The position numbers and the translations under genes were made by a program. A DNA stretch of 64,000 bases from Vitrella brassicaformis CCMP3155 (lineage: Eukaryota > Protista > Chromerida): NCBI GenBank assembly GCA_001179505.1, contig CDMY01000310.1, positions 62,989 to 126,988 of the forward strand, written 5' to 3'. This document shows, in pieces, positions 1 to 13,670 of the stretch; position 1 is the first letter of the stretch, and every line of letters begins with the position of its first letter. The notes beneath the pieces were generated by a model that was not told where the DNA came from, made no database searches, and worked only from the letters and a program-made list of their open reading frames with translations.

Positions 1-640
1 ACACGCTGAGCGACAGAAAGATATACACGAGACAAGAGTCAGGGATTTCATTGGCTGGCTGGCTCATTTACTTGTTGATGTGCGTCTTGTCTGCGTCGGA
101 ATTCGGTCTCTGACTCAGAGCTGACTGCACCAATTGCACCTGCACAACACACACACACGCACACACATCCGTGCAGTGCACCACTCTCTCCGCTCTCTGT
201 GTATGTTATGTGTGTGTCTCATTTCTATGCCAGTCGTGACGGAGTCATTGTGTTGCCGTTGTTGTTGTGCGAAGGGTCATTGGAGAGCAGCAATGAGGCA
301 ATCTGGCCGAGTGCATCGACTGACTCAGTGTTGAGACCGGATAAAAGCGTGCCTAGCTCGCTCAAAGCTCGCGACTCCAGAACAACCCGGCAGTTGCGTG
401 TCGTCGTTTGATGGTGCGTGAAAGACATGGGACTTGGCCGTCAGGCCGCTTAGGACATTTCGTGAAACCGCTCTCTCTCTCAGAACAACCCGACAAGCCT
501 TCAGATCCGTACACACACGCATCAGGTCATCCTGCTGATTTGAGCGGGGAGTGGCGTCGTGCTGCTGATGGGTGGCTTGTGTGAATTGTGGAAGAAGACC
601 TGCACACACACCGATGGATGGATGGATAGATGTGTGTCAG
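1..640 (-). CDS. Partial paralogue of the 6062-7279 hypothetical gene; runs off the left edge of the window
   Basis: 1-330 is the near-exact reverse complement of about 6580-6925, and 505-630 matches about 6430-6570. Includes exons GLLPQFTQATHQQHD..DALGQIASLL..TPSRL and VQLVQSALSQRPNSDADKTHIN. Confidence 0.55.
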
Positions 641-1083
641 ACTCTCTGTCTGGCTGGCTGTCTGTCTGTTTCTCTTTGCCGCCGTCTTTGCCCTGTGGCG
701 TGTTCGCTTGCTCTTTGCCCTCTCGCGATGTGGTGTGACAACTCGAGTGACTCGCTACGCCGTTCTCTCGGCCGAATGCGTCACACGGCCGCATCGCCTC
801 ACCTCGTAGGGTTCAGGGTATCAAACCCTGCACCCACAAACCCTGTCTGTGACCGAGGAGCCATGGCACCCACAAACTCTGCCGCTGCTGGTGGTGCTAG
901 CTCGTTGACCTCTCTCTGATCTGTCCATCTGAGCATCGAACGAGGTGAGCAGCACACAGATCTGTGAGCAGAAATGCTCGATGGACATAATCCTCTGTCT
1001 GTCGGCTCTGTCGCTCTGTGCAGCCTCTCGTCGAGCGCCTCACTCATCTGACCGTCTTGGCCCATCCATCTCAGGGCTGAGAG

Positions 1084-2439
1084 ATGATTCAGGCGTGGAC
1101 GACGTCTTGCCTCTCGAGGAATGGTGGGGGGGATCAGCGAAGTGAGTTGATGAATCTGTGTGACGTCTTCCAGTCCGACGAGGACCATTACGGCAAGGGG
1201 CTGATGCTGAAGACCAACACTGACGAGCTCTATGTGATCACCGCCGCACACGTCGCCGTTGGCGCGACGAAGGTGAAGACCGACATCGGCAACAAAGAGC
1301 AGGAAATGGCCGTCAAGATGGCGTGGATGCACGAGGGCTACCTCGCTGATGGACACCCAGATCTCGCCCTACTAAGGATTGAGCACAACGACATCGTCCG
1401 CGCCGCACTCCGCGCCAAGCCACTTATTGCAGCCGACAATGTCAACCTCCGGCACGAGCTGTGTTCTGTCGACAAACAGCGGTTCTTCAAGGGCGAGATC
1501 ACGGAGATCCGTTCAGAGGCGCCATCGTGTGTGGCTACCGCGGCGGCAGCGGGTTCTACGGCTGGCGCAGTGGGCCCTACGGCTGGGGCACCGACTGCCG
1601 GGTCGGACCCCAGACGCATGTTGTGGCTGCTGCTCTCGGGCATCACGTCAATGCCAGGCGACTCGGGAAGCCCTATGGTGACTGCCGACGGATATCTCGG
1701 TGGTGTCGTCCACGGCGTGTCCCCACAGACATCCAAGAGCAAACGGCACATGAGCAGCACCACCAACTCTGTCACTGTCCGAGCTCACCACCCCCTCCTC
1801 TACATCGCTCCCCTCGATTCTCTCCGTTCGCCCAGCGAAAGTTTCGTCGCAGTCCCTCGTAAGGAGGACAACAAGCATCTCTACGAGGCCCTGGAGCTGC
1901 TCGAGCTGATGCCGCCCACCTTCTCCATCAAGAAGAATCCGATGATGACCATTGCCGGCTACAAAACAAGCTACGTCACGCCGGCGGAGTCGCAGCTCCA
2001 GGAGGGGGATGAGGCCGATGAACCTTGGATGAAGGCTCTCAACCGACTTGAGATCCGCCTCAGCAAGCAGATCAGCCGCGTGAGCGAGCAGATCAACAGC
2101 ATGAGAGGGTATGAGAAGGGCGAGATGGCCACAGAAGCGAGCTTCAAGAGCCTGCGAGAGCACCTCATGCAGCACTTCGACATCGCCGAGGCGGACATTG
2201 ACTCGATGACGGTCACGGATCTCTTCATGAAGCTCTTCAATGAGCTCGAGAAGGACCCCTTTCCCGAGGTGCGCACACAGTCAACACACATGTGCGCCCA
2301 CCCGACACCGAGCCGCGACGCTTTCTGAGTGTTGTGATGTGTTGTGCTGTGTCTTGTCTGTGTGTAGTGGGTGATGCTACAGTTGCAGTTCTCGAAAGCT
2401 GCTCATGTGCCCCCACCGAAGCTGCGGCACGGCGGCTGA
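1084..2439 (+). CDS. Trypsin-fold (clan PA) serine protease with C-terminal helical region, copy 1; exons 1084-2268 and 2368-2439
   Basis: Triad motifs ITAAHV (His), PDLALL (Asp) and GDSGSP (Ser). GT-AG phase-0 intron; exon 2 (WVMLQLQFSKAAHVPPPKLRHGG*) has the same length and stop as in copy 2. Confidence 0.85.
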
Positions 2440-3859
2440 TTGAGTGAGGTCGCTGGTTTAGCACGTCTTTGGCTGCATCAGAGGGTCGCTGTTGGCAGCC
2501 ACTGGAGCATCAGACACGTTTCAGACCTATCAGCTAGAAGCGCCACTGCGTTTGCGTTGTCCTTCACTTGTCGACTGATGGCTTGATGGTGAAGCCTGAA
2601 TGGTCTCTGGCATTTCGTATCTATCGCATGTCGAAATACACGCACCCCACCGAGCATGTCAGTAAGGAGGCTGCTGGTGTGCTGTGTCTGGCTGATCCGA
2701 GAGGTGCAAGATCTGCAGCTTGACCTTTCAGCACACACACGTCTGTCGCCCACACACGAGGGTCCATCACTCCGCTCACTTGCAGTAAGCAGTCAGCCGG
2801 GCCGCGAGGGTGGATGTGCAGACAAACAGATAGACTCGGGCCTCATCCATCAGATACAACGCAGACACCATACATGCATCCCGGCCACGTTTGGTTCGGT
2901 TGTGTGACAAAGCCAAGGACAAGACGCGTGCCAAGCCCTTCGTGGGGTGTGCACGGATCTCATCCTCGACCATGCCATGCAAACCAACCGAACGGCGACA
3001 CATCCATCCATGCACATCGAACGAACCATCCGGATCTCTCTTAGTGTCCATGTCTGTCTGTCTGAATGTAGGTCTGTCGGTCGGTCGGTCGGTCGGTCCG
3101 TGTTGATGCCTCTCTGACAGGTAAGTGAGACAATACTTGCGATGTGTGAATCGCCTCGTTCGTCTCGTGCCGCGGCAGTGAGGCGGAAACACACACCGAC
3201 CGACAGACAAGACGCTCTCCCCTCTCTGTTCGCTGGTAGGGACTGCACAGAGAAATGAAAAACACAGCTGCTGCTCATCCCGTTGCACCCTACCCCTCCT
3301 CTCGCTTGTGGGAAAAACGTGTTGCTTCCATCCATCCATCTCGCTCTCTACAAGTGCGTGCGTGTGCGTGCCGCCGACCCGCCAAAAGGAACATATCGAC
3401 ATCTGTCCTGCCTGCCTTCCCCGCGAGTCACGTCAACACTACTGACACGACTGGCTACATTCGTCTGGCTCTCCATGCACACATGCGTGCTAACGTGCCG
3501 CCGTCATTGCCCACATCAAAGCTCACCCGTCGATCAATCATCGGTAGTGATGTAAAACGCTCACCACCAAGTGAGTACGAAAGACTTCATTCGGAATGAA
3601 TGGAATAGACAGAAGAAGCCGAGAAAGCCACCCCCAACCCCACTCCACCCCTCCCCACATGCAAGAATGCATACATGGGCCCCTCCCTCCCCCTATGCCA
3701 ATTAGTAGCTAGTGGTGGTGACTGAGTGATAAAATCGTGGATGCTCTCTCCCACGTGCTGTGTTGGGTGCGTGTGCGTCGCTCACTCATTCACGAAAACT
3801 GCGCCCCCGCCGCTTGAAAGTGTGTGTACGTGTGAAGGTGTGTGGCCCTGCCAGTGTGT

Positions 3860-5500
<1,641 letters not shown>

Positions 5501-5565
5501 GATCGTGTCGTCGCTGGCAGAACAGAGGGGTGGTGGTCTTGGGTTGGGTTGGTCTGCGTGGGCGA

Positions 5566-5667
5566 GGCAACAAGCTCCCTTGCTTGCGTTACCAAGCTAG
5601 AGGTTCGAACGGTGTAGATCTCAGCCGGCGCAGCTCCTGTGAGCACACCAGCACCCGCGCTTGTGCC
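5566..5667 (-). ncRNA. TPP riboswitch-like aptamer (variant) in the THI4 5' region
   Basis: Minus strand reads GGCACAAGC GCGG GTG CTGGTGT GCTC ACAG GAGC TGCGCCGG CTGAGA TCTACA CCGT TCGAA CCT CTA GCTTG GTAACG CAAGC A AGG GA GCTTGTTGCC. P1, P2, P3/P3a, the UGAGA junction, GAACCU, the P5 hairpin and AGGGA occur in TPP-aptamer order, 65 nt upstream of the THI4 ATG. Confidence 0.88.
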
Positions 5668-6061
5668 GAAAAGCCAAAGATTCTCGAAGGTGGTTTTGTG
5701 GTAGTCGCGGTTAAGCTCGCGGATACCCTGATCGCTCAAACCCGGCACAATTCCTCTCTACGCTGACTGTGCGTGTTATCTGGTGCCAGGCATGCCTTTT
5801 CGGCGATTCCATTGCAAGCAGTCGAGGCGATTCATCATTCATACGGGTTGGGAAGGATTAGGAAGGATGGGAAGGATGTCCATCCACTTCAGGCAATGCA
5901 CCCCTTTTTCGTGATTCATCACTCGCTCATATACTGTACTACATATGATTGTCCGCCCGTACATATACATACGTGTATATGTCCACACACACACACAGAG
6001 AGAGATACAAGGACAGGAAGCTGTGCTGTGCGTGTGACTCCTCTCTCTCTGACGCGCAAAG

Positions 6062-7279
6062 ATGGTGGCGATTCTCGTGGCTGTCTTGCTGTTGCTTGCA
6101 CCAGCGAGCGGTGCCGAGATGAGGCTGCCGCGCAAGTCACGATTTGTTCAGCATGGCGCTGGTGGCGGCATGGGCACTGCGGTGAGCTCGAGTGACTCAG
6201 AGTCGCTGAAAGCCATGATGGACGACTCTTTAAAGCCATGTGAGCAACCAGACAGACAGACAGACAGACAGAGGCAGAACGATCACTGTCTCTCTTTGCA
6301 TGTGCGTGTGTTGCAGTGAAGAGCGAGATTCGCAAGATAGAGAGCGCACTGAACATCAACGACGCAGGCACACAGTCAAGTCAGTGTCTCCCACGGAGAG
6401 AGAGAGACAGACAGCCAGACAGACAGAGACACACATCCATCCATCCATCCATCCATGTGTGTGTGTGTGTGTGTGCAGGTCTTTTTCCACGATTCACGCA
6501 AGCCACCCATCAGCAGCACGACGCCACCACTCCCCCCTCACATCAGCAGGATGACCTGATGCGTGCCTTCAACGCCCTCGGTCTCAACACCGAGGCAGCT
6601 GACGCACTTGGCCAGATTGCGTCATTGCTGTTCGCCAATGACCCTTCGCACAACAACGACGGCAACACAATGACTCCGTCACGACTGGCATAGAAATGAG
6701 ACACACACATAACATACACAGAGAGCGGAGAGAGTGGTGCACTGCACGCGATGTGTGTGCGTGTGTGTGTGTTGTGCAGGTGCAATTGGTGCAGTCAGCT
6801 CTGAGTCAGAGACCGAATTCCGACGCAGACAAGACGCACATCAACAAGTAAATGAGGCAGTCAGCAGCAGGCCAGCCAATCAAATCCCTGACTCTTGTCT
6901 CGTGTATATCTTTCTGTCGCTCAGCGTGTTGGCGAATTGGCGACAGTCGATGCAGCAGCAGCAGTTGCCGCAGACACAGCAGTTGATGGCATCACCGCCA
7001 GTCTTCAACAACAATGCACCGAATGCACCGTTCATGGTGAGTGAGGGAAAGCCACAAAGCAAACGACAAAACACACACATGAATGGAATGTGGTCTATGC
7101 ACACCAGGCACCTCAGTTCATGCAGCAGCCACAGGTGATGCAGCAGCAATAGTAAGACACACAAAATGACAACACACCCACACCTGAATACGTGTGTGTC
7201 TGTGTGCAGTTGGCCACCGATGGCACCGATGCCATCTTGGCCAGTCGTCGCATTTGCACAAGGCCAGCCTCAGCCCTGA
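6062..7279 (+). CDS. Hypothetical protein with signal peptide and Q/P-rich C-terminus, about 7 exons
   Basis: N-terminus MVAILVAVLLLLAPASGA. Phase-consistent exon chain ends ..NNVLANWRQSMQQQQ..APQFMQQPQVMQQQYWPPMAPMP..GQPQP*; one junction requires a GC donor. Paralogue at 1-640. Confidence 0.55.
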
Positions 7280-7553
7280 CGGACTGATGACCGACACCGT
7301 ACAGTGTGTCTAACTCTGCTTGCATGCGGTGAGGTGACCCTCGAGACCAGACGAGATCGATCAGTGCAAGCCAGGCCGACACAGACATCGACATGCATAT
7401 ACGACTGAGTATTGACTGACAAGAGACCATCGATCACAGCGATGACAAATGTAAGGTAGACGCGCCAAAGGGACGTGACAAGAGCTGACAGACCAACACC
7501 ACACACACAATTAAGGGATCGAGGGACACAAACAAAAGAAAGTCAAGAACAAA

Positions 7554-10500
7554 TTAGGTAGGACGCACACGCGTAAGTCTGCCTAGCTTACTTACTTGCT
7601 GAACAAGCACCTGCTTCCCATTGCCTTTTTTGAGGATGAAAGGCACCAGCCATGTGCACCCACTCTCACTCTTGAAACCCTGCGCTCGGCCCTCCTCACC
7701 CCCACCGCCACCACTCAGCACCAGGTCGTCCACACAGCCCACCGTTGCATCTTTGACCAGATCGGCATGCAACAGCACACGGAGCAGACCCGTCAGCGGG
7801 TCAAGATACACCCTGTCGACAAACTGGACGCTGTCCACGGCAGCCCGCTCAATCGCCGACATGGACATTGAGTGCTTGGTGACATCCTCTCCTCCCCGCC
7901 GCTGAAGGTGCAGCCAGGCCGTCATTCTCTCACGCGCGTCGGGGCCCCAGAAGAGGGCCACACACGGCCGCGCATCTGGAGGCAGGGGAGATTTGGGCGG
8001 CAAGATGAAGGTGGAGTACCTGACCGACACGCAGTATGCCCCATGCAACGAATGCCTCTCACGCTCACCCATCTATCTCGCCTTAACTAACATTCCTTCC
8101 TTACGCATGGTGCTTGGCTGGGGCAGCAAGGGTCACACTCTTCTCCTCTGCTCCCTGCTGGCTGCTGCCATTGCCTTTGTCTCCATTATCCTCGATCGCC
8201 CTTAACACCGGCTGCTGCTGCCGATCCATGACGGCCTTCCGCAACGACGACCAATAGTGCGTGGCCGTCAGGTGCAGACACACACGGTGAGCCGACGAGA
8301 GGGACTCCGAAGCTAACAGGTCATACAGAGCACCGCGGATGAGCTTGCGCAGCGGGTGCAGCCTGACCGAGAGCCGCAGGAAGAGACGGAGGAGGGTCAG
8401 GGAGGGCGCCATGACGGTCGATGTTGGGGCGGGGAGAAGGGATGACGGGGGCAGGGAGGGGCTGCCTGTGGCTAGGAGGGAGGGGGCGAGGGTCAGCATC
8501 TGGTGCCGCAGGTCGTCGACTGAGTGGCTGTGAAAAGCAACGAAGGCCTCGGTCAGCGGGACGAGGTTCGGGCACTCGAACATATCGTGCTGATGGATGG
8601 CACCAACACCAGCACAAAGAGGACAGATGTGAAGACATCTGCTGCTAGACACAATCGACTGCACCTACCTGTAGTCTGTGTGCCTCTCGGCAGTCGATGC
8701 TGCAGTAGCTCACCTGACCGCACCGCCCGCATGTGAGGGTCGGGTCTTGCTTCCACGGCAAGGTCACAGCTCGGCAATACGGCACATTGGCGCACAGCCT
8801 CGACGCAAAAGGAAGAGCCTGCATGAGCAGCACAACACACTCACTCAATCGAAACATAGCTGAATGGGCGTGATGGTGTCGTGTCTCTCGCTGACTGACC
8901 GTCATGTTCCTAAGCCTCAGACACCTTGGCCCATACCACTCGCCCCCCTGCCTCCCCCGCAGCAGCCCCCTCTTTCTCTCCCTACGGCTCTCGGCAGACA
9001 CCCCCCCACCATCATCGCCGCCATGACGACCCACCGGATCCAACAGCCTCTCCACGCCCTCCTCCGTCCCACACCACAGCAGCACCTCCTGCTGTCTCTC
9101 AAAGCTTCCACCATCACCACACAGTGTCACGCCCATCGACGGCCAGCAGGCCTCTCCGTCTTCCATCACATGAAGGATGGTGTCATAGGGCGATAAATGC
9201 AGCTCAGTGAGGGTAGATTTGGGCCGTGTTGGGTCGGCCTGGATGAGGTGCTCGATGGGGATGTCTGGGTGCGGGGGCTGCGCGTGGGGCGGGGGCGTGA
9301 TCAGACACGTGTGGTGGGGCAGCGACCGACGCAGCTCGCTCTCCAGAGAGGGGGGGACGGGCGGGGCGTGACAACTGCAAAGACACACAGACGCACACAC
9401 ACCAAGACAGAAATGCGGCAAACACCTTTCCACTTTTCTTTAGCTCACCGGAAGTGCGTGTGGTGCAGTGGTTCCGCACTCGGCAGCATACCCAGCAGCA
9501 CGCCCATCTGCATGGGCGTCCAGTCGAACCCCTCCTCTCTCACTCCCCCCACCTCCCGATGCACAAGCGCGTCCCACAGCTCCGACTTCGCCGTGTAAGG
9601 CGCCCGAGCCATCCCCACCTCTGCCTCCCCTTTCCCTTTCAACGCCTTTCCTTTCACTCGCGCACCATCTTTGCCTCTCGGCCTGTCCTCTAAGGCCAGC
9701 AATGGGGCGGGGGAGGGCCCCTCGTATCCCAATCGGTTGCAGAATGGCGCCAGCTGTCCTGCCCCCTGGATCGGCATCAAGCGGAGAGAGAGGAAGAGGG
9801 AGAGGTCTTGTGAGGGCAGAGTGTGTGTGTGGGTGAGGGGAGAGACGAGGGGGGCGGGCATCCCATGCTGCACGCGCTTGGCGATCTGGTAGTGCGCTGG
9901 GTCGTAGGCCTTTGTTCTTCTCGTCCTTCGCGTGTCTGTCTCCTGGGGCTGCTCGCCCTGTGTTTCCATCTTGACGAGGGGTAGGGACAGCTCAGTGGAC
10001 TGCACCTGATGGTGTCTCCCTCCCCCTCTCACAGAAGGAGAGGGCAGGCCTTCCCTGTCTGTTGCGGGGTCCGTCTCCATCGCCGTGATGAAGAAGGACG
10101 GCTGCTCGTCACCTTCCCCGACTTCACCTCCCTCCACCGTCAGTGGCTCCGATTGCCAACCCGTGCTCATGCTGATGCTGAGATGGCGGGCTCGGTGTGA
10201 CCGAGTGAGGTCCTCAAAGGACGGCACCATTGACCTCTTCCGCCCCCTCTCCCCTCGCCCCCTCTTCTGCTGTGGCTGCTGAGTGCCGACTGCAGCAGCC
10301 GGGGCGGAATCGTGTCTCACGGGCACTCGCCGATGAGAAGCCACCCGCAACACACGGGGTGTCTCCGGCAACTCCAAGGGCAACGGCAACGGCAACGGCA
10401 GAGGGAAGGGTGGCGCTTCCGGCACCCTCGTCGTGCTTTCCGCGGATGCAGGCATAGCACCAGACATGGCCAAGGCCGCCTCCCTCCCTCGGGGAGACAC

Positions 10501-13500
10501 CCACAGACCGTCCGTACTTCTGTGTGTGGTGGGCATCGTCGATCGAGCGCTGAATGACGGAGGGACGGGGCGGGGGGTGGAGCAGAAGACCTCCTTCAGC
10601 GGCAGCAACAAAGCCCTCTCCCTCTCCTCCGTCCTACCCACATGGGGCGTTGTGGGCTGCGTCGACCTGACGAGCCGGCTTGACCCGTGCGACCTGATCT
10701 GCCTTGCCGTCTGCACCTGCCTGAAGGTCTTGTCCATGTCGGAAAGGTCGCTTGCGAGCAGACACACAGGCTGGGGCTGAATTGTGGGTGGGAGGGCCTT
10801 CTGGACGGATGTTTCAGGGGACAAGGGGAGAGGGAGAGGGAGAGGTTGGGGCTGAGGTTGGGGCTGTGGCTGTGGCTGGGGGGGCAGGGCGGGGAGACAT
10901 GACGGACACCCAGCCATTGGGGTCAGACACACCTACACACAGGAGGGAGCCACAGAACGTCATGGGACAGACAATGTCGGCTCGGTCTCTCTCTCTCTCT
11001 CTCTTTCACTTACTTTATGTTGGTAGAGTTCTTCGCTCGCCGCACACGTGACGGCAGCATGAGGGGACTTGGCCTTCAGTAGTGGCTGCAGTGCCGTGCA
11101 CAGCGACACCAGCCCCTCGCTAAAGAGGCTCTCCCGCAACAGGACAGCGTCGAACTGTCCCCTGCCTTTCGGGTGCAGCTGGCACTTCTGCGCCTGGTGG
11201 ATGGCGTTGCCCACCGTCACCACCACACGCACCCTGAACCACTGGCCCTCCTGCGTCATCTCGTCGAGCCAAGCGTCACCACCTCCACCTCCCCCTCCCT
11301 CTCCCTCCCTCCCACGATCTGGCAGCCACCATCTCTTCTTGAGGGCCGATGTGTCCGGGAGGAGTGCATTTGGGATGTCCCCCTTCGCCCACAGGATGAA
11401 CTTGTGCAAGCTGTGGTCGAGCTTTTGATGCGCCAGCCGGTGGTGAAGCCGGAAAAGCTCGCGGGATATCCACTCGGCGGTGTCCTCGAAGTCGTCTTCA
11501 TGTTGCTGCTCGATGTCTCTCTCGTCGACGTGGTCGATGTCGTGGTGGTCATTCTCTCCCTCCTGCTGCTGCTGCTGCTGCTGCTGCTGTGCAGTGTCGC
11601 CCTGTCTCTTGAGTGTGGGAAAGAACCCCACCAGCACGCCCATCGCCCGGAGCCACGCCTCCATCCTCTCGCTCGCCACACCCAACACGTTCAGCCTTCC
11701 CTCGGCAACACGCCCCTCCTCACCCTCGTTGCTGGCATGGCAGCAGTGAGCGTCCACCGGGCCGCACGGCAGCCATGAGACCATGCGTGGCGAGACGGAC
11801 TTGAACCCCTCCCTCTGTTTGAGCAAATGCCGTAGGGACGAGTGGTGCGACGATGGGATGATCGGGGGTGGGGGGGATGACGACGTTTGGGGGTTGTGTG
11901 TGTGCAGCGTGGCTGCGCGTCGGTAGAGAGTCGGTGCGAAGGTTGCGAAGAGGTCGATGGGGACTGAGGGGTTGAATGTGTGTGAGAAGGGCCGCAGGAA
12001 GAGTGGATTAGCTGAGGGGGGGTTGGGGGGGTTGGGGGCTCTCGATCGGTTGTCACCATTGTCAGAGGCGGCGAAGAGACTAAACCAAAAGAGAAACAAG
12101 GAGACACAGAAAGGGGCGATGAGTGAGTGACTTCGCTTGCAAGAGGACACCCTGACCTTCTCAGCTGCCTGAAGGCCTCACGGAAGATCCGCAAACCAAA
12201 AGACGACACAAACGAAGAAGACCTCTTCCCGTCCCCACAACCGTCGCCCTCCTCACCACCATCCACCGGTGGCGGCTCATTACGATTCCGCTTCCTTGCG
12301 CCCGCATCGCGGCCCCCCTCCCTCGATCTCTCCAGCACACGGACCGTGCTCATCCTGGGGGGCGCCAGCGCACCCAGCAATCCCCACAGCTGACGCTGAG
12401 ACAAGTCACGGACAGCCTTGTCTGCGTCTCCTCCGTTGCCATTCCCTCTTTCTTCCATTAGGTAAGACTGGAGCACGGGGCAGGGTGCCCTCAGCAGCCA
12501 CGCGTCCAGCAGGGCATTGGTCTCTTCCCCCAGCATATGTCGCCTGAACCTCTCGAGCACACTCTCGTGCACCTCTGCCGCCTTCTTTCGGTGCTCCCCT
12601 GCGCCTCCACCAGTTTCCACAGTCATTGTGGTCTCCAAGCTCCTTCTCGCGTCGTGCACATCAGCGGTTTTCAGCCGGCGGATGAAGGCGACGATCCTTG
12701 TGGGCAGCTGGTGGGCCGTGGCGGGCTGTAGAGGGCTCTTGAAGAGCCGCTCCTTGGTCTCTTCCAGGAGCTTCACTCTGAAGTCCGCCAGCTCTGCCAC
12801 CACACGTGGGGATCGCCAGCCGAGCCAGATGTGCTTGAGGCGGGTGAGGAGGGTGGGTGTGGAAGAGACACTGGCACTGGCACCGTCTGTACTGTCTGCT
12901 AAGTGTTGGTCATCGGTGTTGTCAAGGTCTAAGGCGCTCGCGAGGTTGCGCTGCTGCATAAGGGGGTCCTGGTACGCCGCCTGCACGGTTGTCACTCGTG
13001 TGCTTTCGTGGTTGTTGGTCTCATTGGCTTGCTTTGGGAGGGAGGAGGGCGTGTCGGGCGAAGGGGTGGACGGCAGCAAGTCCAGCCACGGAAACAGCAC
13101 ACAGAAGCTGGGAGGGTGGTCGGCAGCCGCAATCAGGTTGGTGAGAAGGTAGTCGACAGCTTGCTGCTGCTCATCGCTGAGCGTGCAGTGGCCGAGAAGG
13201 CTCACACCCAGATGAGTCCAGAATGCACCCAAATCCCGAGAGGCACCCTCTCGTAATACCTCAGCCACGGCGCGTTCTCGCGCGACCGCCCAGTAGACCA
13301 TCATGCGCGCCAGTGAAGGCACGTCTGGCGCCTGGATGAAAAGGTTGAGGGGCCTGAGCTGGGACGAGAGGAACTGGAAGGGGTGGAGGCGGCGGTACAC
13401 CTCGCCCCGGCGGCGGACGTTGTCCAGCTGCGAGTAGTGAGTAGGGTTGATGAGAGACAAGACATGCATCCAACAACATCATCATTGGGTTTTAGGTTTT

Positions 13501-13637
13501 CCCTCAAGTTACCGTGGCAAAGAAGTCTATCGGGTTTGTGGTGTCGAGAAAGAGCAGCGACAAGCCGGGGTCCTCCTCACCCAACACACTCTTGGGACCC
13601 CTCTCACGCTCAAACAATATGCTGTCTTGCAACCCTG

Positions 13638-13670
<33 letters not shown>

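Noticed and set aside
1084-2727. Protease cassette as an autonomous transposon (Polinton, LTR or DIRS)
   Set aside because: No transposase, integrase, RT or polymerase motifs, and no terminal repeats or TSDs found by eye; retained only as a duplication.
2440-3800. ORFs of 70-208 aa between the protease and THI4, and the many HTHT/CVCV/DRQT/SLSL ORFs across the window
   Set aside because: Translations of microsatellite-rich introns and intergenic DNA.
5600-5612. GGTTCGAA resembling a tRNA T-loop / Pol III B-box
   Set aside because: No cloverleaf around it; it is the reverse complement of the UUCGAACC segment of the aptamer.
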